Shown here piece by piece: positions 45,267-53,469 of a DNA stretch of 53,469 bases; the first letter of the stretch is position 1, and every line of letters begins with the position of its first letter. This DNA comes from Acidimicrobiales bacterium (GTDB taxonomy: Bacteria > Actinomycetota > Acidimicrobiia > Acidimicrobiales > DATLDH01): NCBI GenBank assembly GCA_035526015.1, contig DATLDH010000141.1, positions 1 to 53,469 of the forward strand, written 5' to 3'. Under the pieces are notes generated by a model, which made no database searches, was not told where the DNA came from, and saw only the letters and a list, made by a program, of their open reading frames with translations. The translations under genes were made by a program, and so were the position numbers.

Positions 45267-45695
45267 TCAGTGCGAGTAGGCCTTGGCGTCGGACTCGCGG
45301 AGCCGCGCCGCCATGTGGGCCAGCAGCTTGTGCGCCAGCCCGGGGATCTCGTCGAGGACCCCGCTGAACTCGCGCTGGCCGAGCACGAGGACCTCGAGGT
45401 CCTCCTCGGCCTTGACCGACGCCGTGCGGGGGCCGCGGTCGAGCAGTGCCATCTCACCGAAGTACTTGCCACTGCCGAGGGTGGCGACCTTCTTCTTGCC
45501 GCGCAGCACGGAGGCCGTCCCGTCGAGGATCAGGTAGAACTCGTGCCCGGCCGTGCCCTCCTCACAGAGGACCTTGCCGGCCGGAACCTTGATCTCGTCC
45601 GAGGCCCGACCCAGTGTCTGCAGCTCTTTCTTGTTGAGAGCGGAGAAGAGGGGGACCCGGCTGAGCTGATCGAGCTTGTTGTCCTTGCGCGCCAT
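45267..45695 (-). CDS. stand-alone cyclic nucleotide-binding domain protein
   Basis: ATG 45695 gives MARKDNKLDQLSRVPLFSALNKKEL...GEFYLILDG...YFGEMALLD..PRTASV, the cNMP-binding signature. Confidence 0.85.
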   Translation of the reverse strand: MARKDNKLDQLSRVPLFSALNKKELQTLGRASDEIKVPAGKVLCEEGTAGHEFYLILDGTASVLRGKKKVATLGSGKYFGEMALLDRGPRTASVKAEEDLEVLVLGQREFSGVLDEIPGLAHKLLAHMAARLRESDAKAYSH

Positions 45696-45788
45696 GGCGG
45701 GCAGCGTATCCAGTTCGACGGCCGAATGATCGGGATCGGCACGCAGCGTGTCGGCGGCGGGTCGACCCGGCGCCCGTATTGTCGGGCC

Positions 45789-46988
45789 ATGGCGTTCGAC
45801 CTGGCCACCCTCGCGCAGCCGGCCCTGACCAAGATCGTGCTCGTCGTGATGGACGGCCTCGGCGGCTACGCCGATGCCGACCACGGCACCGAGCTCGAGG
45901 AGGCGGCGACCCCGAACCTCGACGCCCTGGCCGCCGAAGGCGCCGTCGGCCTGGTCGAGCCGGTGGGTCCCGGCATCACGCCCGGCTCCGGCCCGGGCCA
46001 CCTCGGCCTCTTCGGCTACGACCCGCTGGAGTTCGAGCTGGGCCGTGGCGCGCTGTCGGCGGCCGGCCTCGACGTGAAGCTCGAGGCCGGCGACGTGGCG
46101 GCCCGCGGCAACCTGGCGTCGCTGGATGCCGCCGGGATCGTCACCGACCGCCGGGCCGGCCGCATTCCCGATGACGAGGCCGCCGTGGTGGTGGCCCGCC
46201 TCAACGACGAGGTGCGCGTCGACGGCGTCGAGGTCCTCTTCACCCTCGAGGCCCAGCACCGCGTGCTCGTCGTGCTCCGGGGCGAGGGTCTCGACGCCCA
46301 CGTGGCCGACACCGATCCCCAGTCCGTCGGTGTCGAGCCGCGGGTGCCCGTGGCTCTTCAGCCCGCGGCCGAGCGGACCGCCGACGTCGTGGGTCAGGTC
46401 GACGCGCAGATCCGTGCGCTCCTCGCCGACCACCCGAAGGCGAACGTGCTGCTGCTGCGGGGCTTCGACTCGTTCCGGACCCTGCCCACGCTGCAGGAGC
46501 GCCACGGTCTCACCCCGGCGGCGGTCGCCATCTATCCCATGTACCGGGGGATCGCCCGGCTGGTCGGGATGGAGGTGCTGCCGAAGGCGGCCGACCTCGA
46601 CGGCCAGCTGGCTCAGCTGCGCGAGCACTGGGACCGCTTCGACTACTTCTTCGTGCACCACAAGTACACCGACTCGGCGGGGGAGGACGGCAACCGTCCT
46701 GGCAAGATCGCCGCCATCTCCGACCTCGACGCCGCCATCCCGGCCCTGCGGGAGCTCGGCCCTGACGTCATCGTCGTGACCGGCGACCACTCGACCCCGA
46801 CCCAGATGGCGGCCCACTCGTGGCACCCGGTGCCGGCCCTGGTCTGGGCCGAACGGGTCGGGCGCGACGACGTGACCCGGTTCGGGGAACGGTGGTGCCG
46901 GACCGGGGCCCTCGGCACCCGGCCCACCAAGGACCTCATGGCCATCGCCCTGGCCTGCGCCGGCCGGCTGGCGAAATACGGGGCCTGA
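45789..46988 (+). CDS. apgM: cofactor-independent phosphoglycerate mutase, archaeal (ApgM) type
   Basis: ATG 45789 gives MAFDLATLAQPALTKIVLVVMDGLGG...TPNLDALA...GSGPGHLGLFGYDP...TGDHSTP. Confidence 0.85.
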   Translation: MAFDLATLAQPALTKIVLVVMDGLGGYADADHGTELEEAATPNLDALAAEGAVGLVEPVGPGITPGSGPGHLGLFGYDPLEFELGRGALSAAGLDVKLEAGDVAARGNLASLDAAGIVTDRRAGRIPDDEAAVVVARLNDEVRVDGVEVLFTLEAQHRVLVVLRGEGLDAHVADTDPQSVGVEPRVPVALQPAAERTADVVGQVDAQIRALLADHPKANVLLLRGFDSFRTLPTLQERHGLTPAAVAIYPMYRGIARLVGMEVLPKAADLDGQLAQLREHWDRFDYFFVHHKYTDSAGEDGNRPGKIAAISDLDAAIPALRELGPDVIVVTGDHSTPTQMAAHSWHPVPALVWAERVGRDDVTRFGERWCRTGALGTRPTKDLMAIALACAGRLAKYGA

Positions 46989-47003
46989 CCAGGGCAGATA
47001 CAC

Positions 47004-47064
47004 AAGTTGACAGCGCTGCGCTCAACTTTGCTATAGTCCTTCTAGTCAAAAGATCACTAGGAGG
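47004..47064 (+). promoter_or_regulatory. dnaK promoter region with an inverted repeat AAGTTGA-N11-TCAACTT overlapping the -35 (candidate HspR operator) and the RBS
   Basis: IR arms are at 47004-47010 and 47022-47028. TTGACA is at 47007-47012 and TATAGT at 47032-47037 (19-nt spacer). A second short IR, CTAGT-N9-ACTAG, is at 47042-47060. AGGAGG at 47059-47064 precedes ATG 47073. Confidence 0.5.
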
Positions 47065-47072
47065 CAGTCCAC

Positions 47073-48886
<1,814 letters not shown>

Positions 48887-48890
<4 letters not shown>

Positions 48891-49393
48891 TGAGTGATCC
48901 GTCCACGACCTCGCCCGTCGCGCCGCCTGACGAGCCCGAGGCTCCGCCCGAGGAGGTCGTCGCCGACACCCTCCCCGAGGAGGTCGTCGTCGAGGAGCCG
49001 CCCCGCGACTACCTCGACGACCTGCGGAGGGTGCAGGCGGAGTTCGAGAACTACCGGAAGCGGGTGGCCCGCGAGCAGGCGGTGGCATCGGACCGGGGTA
49101 CCGAGCAGCTGGTGGCGTCCTTGCTGCCGGTGCTCGATGCCGGTGACCTCGCCATCGCCCACGGCGACACCGGGGTGGAGAAGGTGGCGGGGATGCTGAT
49201 GGAGACCCTCGCCAAGGCCGGGCTGGAAGGGATCGCGCCGGCCGCCGGTGAGGCGTTCGACCCGACCGTCCATGAGGCGGTGGCGCACGAGGAGGGTGAC
49301 ACCGAGCACCCCGAGGTGCTCGAGATGTGGCGCGCCGGGTACCGGTGGAAGGGGCGGTTGCTGCGTCCCGCCACGGTGAAGGTGAAGGGGTAA
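48887..49393 (+). CDS. grpE: nucleotide exchange factor GrpE
   Basis: [16 protein letters not shown] is the GrpE signature. GTG overlaps the dnaK stop. Confidence 0.92.
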
Positions 49394-49400
49394 CGCGCGC

Positions 49401-50510
49401 ATGGCCCAGGCCCAGCGTGAGTGGTACGAGAAGGACTACTACAAGGTCCTCGGCGTCGCCGACTCGGCGACCGACACCGAGATCACCAAGGCGTACCGCA
49501 AGCTGGCCAAGCAGCATCACCCCGACGCCAACCCGGGGTCGGAGGAGCGCTTCAAGGAGATCTCGGCCGCTTACGACGTGCTGGGCGATGCCGAGAAGCG
49601 CAAGGAGTACGACAGCGTCCGCAAGCTCGGCCCCCTCGGCGGGTTCGCGGGCGGGGGCGGAGCGCCCAACTTCGGCAACGTCCGGTTCGACGACATCACC
49701 GACCTGTTCGGTGGGCTCTTCAACCGCACCCGCGGCGGCGGTCGTCCCGGCGCCGGCACCGGCCCGGGGCGCGGCGATGATCTGGAGGCCAGCCTCCACC
49801 TGTCGTTCGTCGACGCGGTCAACGGGCTGACCACGACCGTCAACCTCACCAGCGACGCGGCGTGCTCGGCCTGCCACGGCACGGGGGCGGCCCCGGGCAC
49901 GTCGCCGGTCATCTGCAACGGCTGTGGCGGTCGCGGCGTGCTGGACGACAACCAGGGTGTCTTCTCGTTCAGCCAGACGTGCCGTCAGTGCGGTGGCACG
50001 GGCATGAAGGTCGAGTCACCCTGCCCGACGTGCAAGGGCAGTGGCGTCGAGCGGCGGCCCCGCCAGGTCAAGGTGCGCATCCCGTCCGGCGTCGACGACG
50101 GCAGTCGCATCTCGGTCAAGGGGCGTGGCGGCGCGGGGCGTAACGGCGGCCCGCCCGGCGACCTCTACGTCAACGTTCACGTGGCGGCCCACCCGATCTT
50201 CGGCCGGAAGGGCAAGAACCTCACGGTGCGCGTGCCGGTCACCTTCGCCGAAGCGGCTCTCGGCGCCACCATCACGGTGCCGACGCTGACCGAGCCCGTC
50301 ACCCTGAAGGTCCCCGCCGGCACCAGCGCCGGGAAGACGTTGCGTGTCCGCGGTCGCGGCGTGCCCGCGTCGAGCGGCGCCGGGGACCTCCTCGTCACCG
50401 TGGACGTCCACGTGCCGACCGAGCTGTCCGACGACGAGCGCACCGCGATCGAGAAGCTGGCCGCCGCGTCCAACGGCTCGCCGCGCCGACACCTCGGAGT
50501 GGAGAGATGA
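49401..50510 (+). CDS. dnaJ: molecular chaperone DnaJ
   Basis: J domain DYYKVLGV...HHPD, a G-rich linker, and four CxxCxGxG zinc-finger repeats. Confidence 0.95.
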   Translation: MAQAQREWYEKDYYKVLGVADSATDTEITKAYRKLAKQHHPDANPGSEERFKEISAAYDVLGDAEKRKEYDSVRKLGPLGGFAGGGGAPNFGNVRFDDITDLFGGLFNRTRGGGRPGAGTGPGRGDDLEASLHLSFVDAVNGLTTTVNLTSDAACSACHGTGAAPGTSPVICNGCGGRGVLDDNQGVFSFSQTCRQCGGTGMKVESPCPTCKGSGVERRPRQVKVRIPSGVDDGSRISVKGRGGAGRNGGPPGDLYVNVHVAAHPIFGRKGKNLTVRVPVTFAEAALGATITVPTLTEPVTLKVPAGTSAGKTLRVRGRGVPASSGAGDLLVTVDVHVPTELSDDERTAIEKLAAASNGSPRRHLGVER

Positions 50511-50887
50511 GTGATCAGCGCGACATGAATCGGGCCGTCTACGTCATCTCGGTGGCGGCCGATCTGGCCGGCGTTCACCCCCAGACGCTGCGCATCTACG
50601 AGCGCAAGGGCCTGCTCGAGCCGTCGCGGACCGGCGGCGGCAGCCGCCGCTATTCCGAGGAGGACATCGCCCGGCTGCGCCGCATCCAGCAGCTGACCGC
50701 CGGGGGCCTCAACCTCGAGGGCGTCCGCCAGGTGATGGAGCTCGAGGCCGAGGTGGTGCGGTTGCGGCAGGAGGTCGAGCGGGCGCGTCAGGAGGCCCAG
50801 GAGGCAGTGGCCCGCACCCATCGTCAGTACCGCCGGGACCTCGTCCCTGTGAAGCAGTCGCCGGTCCTGTTCCGCCGGCGCGGGTAG
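50507..50887 (+). CDS. hspR: heat-shock repressor HspR (MerR family)
   Basis: [52 protein letters not shown]. Positioned after dnaJ. Confidence 0.9.
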   Translation: MSDQRDMNRAVYVISVAADLAGVHPQTLRIYERKGLLEPSRTGGGSRRYSEEDIARLRRIQQLTAGGLNLEGVRQVMELEAEVVRLRQEVERARQEAQEAVARTHRQYRRDLVPVKQSPVLFRRRG

Positions 50888-50895
50888 GAGTCGCC

Positions 50896-53373
<2,478 letters not shown>

Positions 53374-53374
53374 C

Positions 53375-53469
53375 TCAGCTCGCGGCGGCCCTGCGGGTGG
53401 GGCCGGCGATGACGAGGGAGTCGAGGAGGCGGGAGGTCGAGGCGGTGATCTCCTGCACGGCGGCCTCGA
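53375..53469 (-). CDS. 3' end of an unidentified gene converging on clpB (runs off window end)
   Basis: The reverse strand reads ...EAAVQEITASTSRLLDSLVIAGPTRRAAAS-stop (TGA is the complement of 53375-53377). GC3 is high. The fragment is too short to assign. Confidence 0.3.
   Translation of the reverse strand, partial: EAAVQEITASTSRLLDSLVIAGPTRRAAAS

Overview
This is a high-GC (roughly 70% by eye) chromosomal segment from an actinobacterium. The exact lineage cannot be fixed from this window. I support about 55 protein genes and one tRNA-Gly(CCC). I saw no rRNA, CRISPR array, transposase or integrase.

The backbone is conserved actinobacterial core synteny: padR-ino1-gmd, a DUF5318 gene, a class A PBP, panB, rpsF-ssb-rpsR-rplI-dnaB, tRNA-Gly next to dcd, a membrane Fe-S reductase, and dnaK-grpE-dnaJ-hspR-clpB. 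Many long Arg/Pro/Gly-rich ORFs in the six-frame track are antisense shadows of these genes and are not reported.

Lineage-specific pieces sit between the core blocks. The most interesting are:
1. A thioredoxin-fold gene split by an in-frame TGA exactly at the redox-active position, followed by a SECIS-like hairpin. This is a candidate selenoprotein.
2. A beta-class SPPY DNA methyltransferase whose C-terminal domain is a degenerate paralogue of the small PD-(D/E)xK-like protein encoded immediately downstream.
3. A CPA2 cation/proton antiporter fused to a catalytically degenerate GlnD-like module with two ACT domains. It is preceded by an atypical winged-helix regulator and followed by a GlnR-box-like operator and amt.
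4. A two-gene nucleotidyltransferase module behind a perfect 25-bp palindrome that looks like a leaderless promoter and operator.
5. A cell-wall cluster of two SpoIID-CWB2 paralogues and two DUF192 copies, one of them fused.

Start codons are my own choices from signal peptides, RBS spacing and N-terminal homology, and are less certain than stops. All family assignments come from motif recognition, not database searches.
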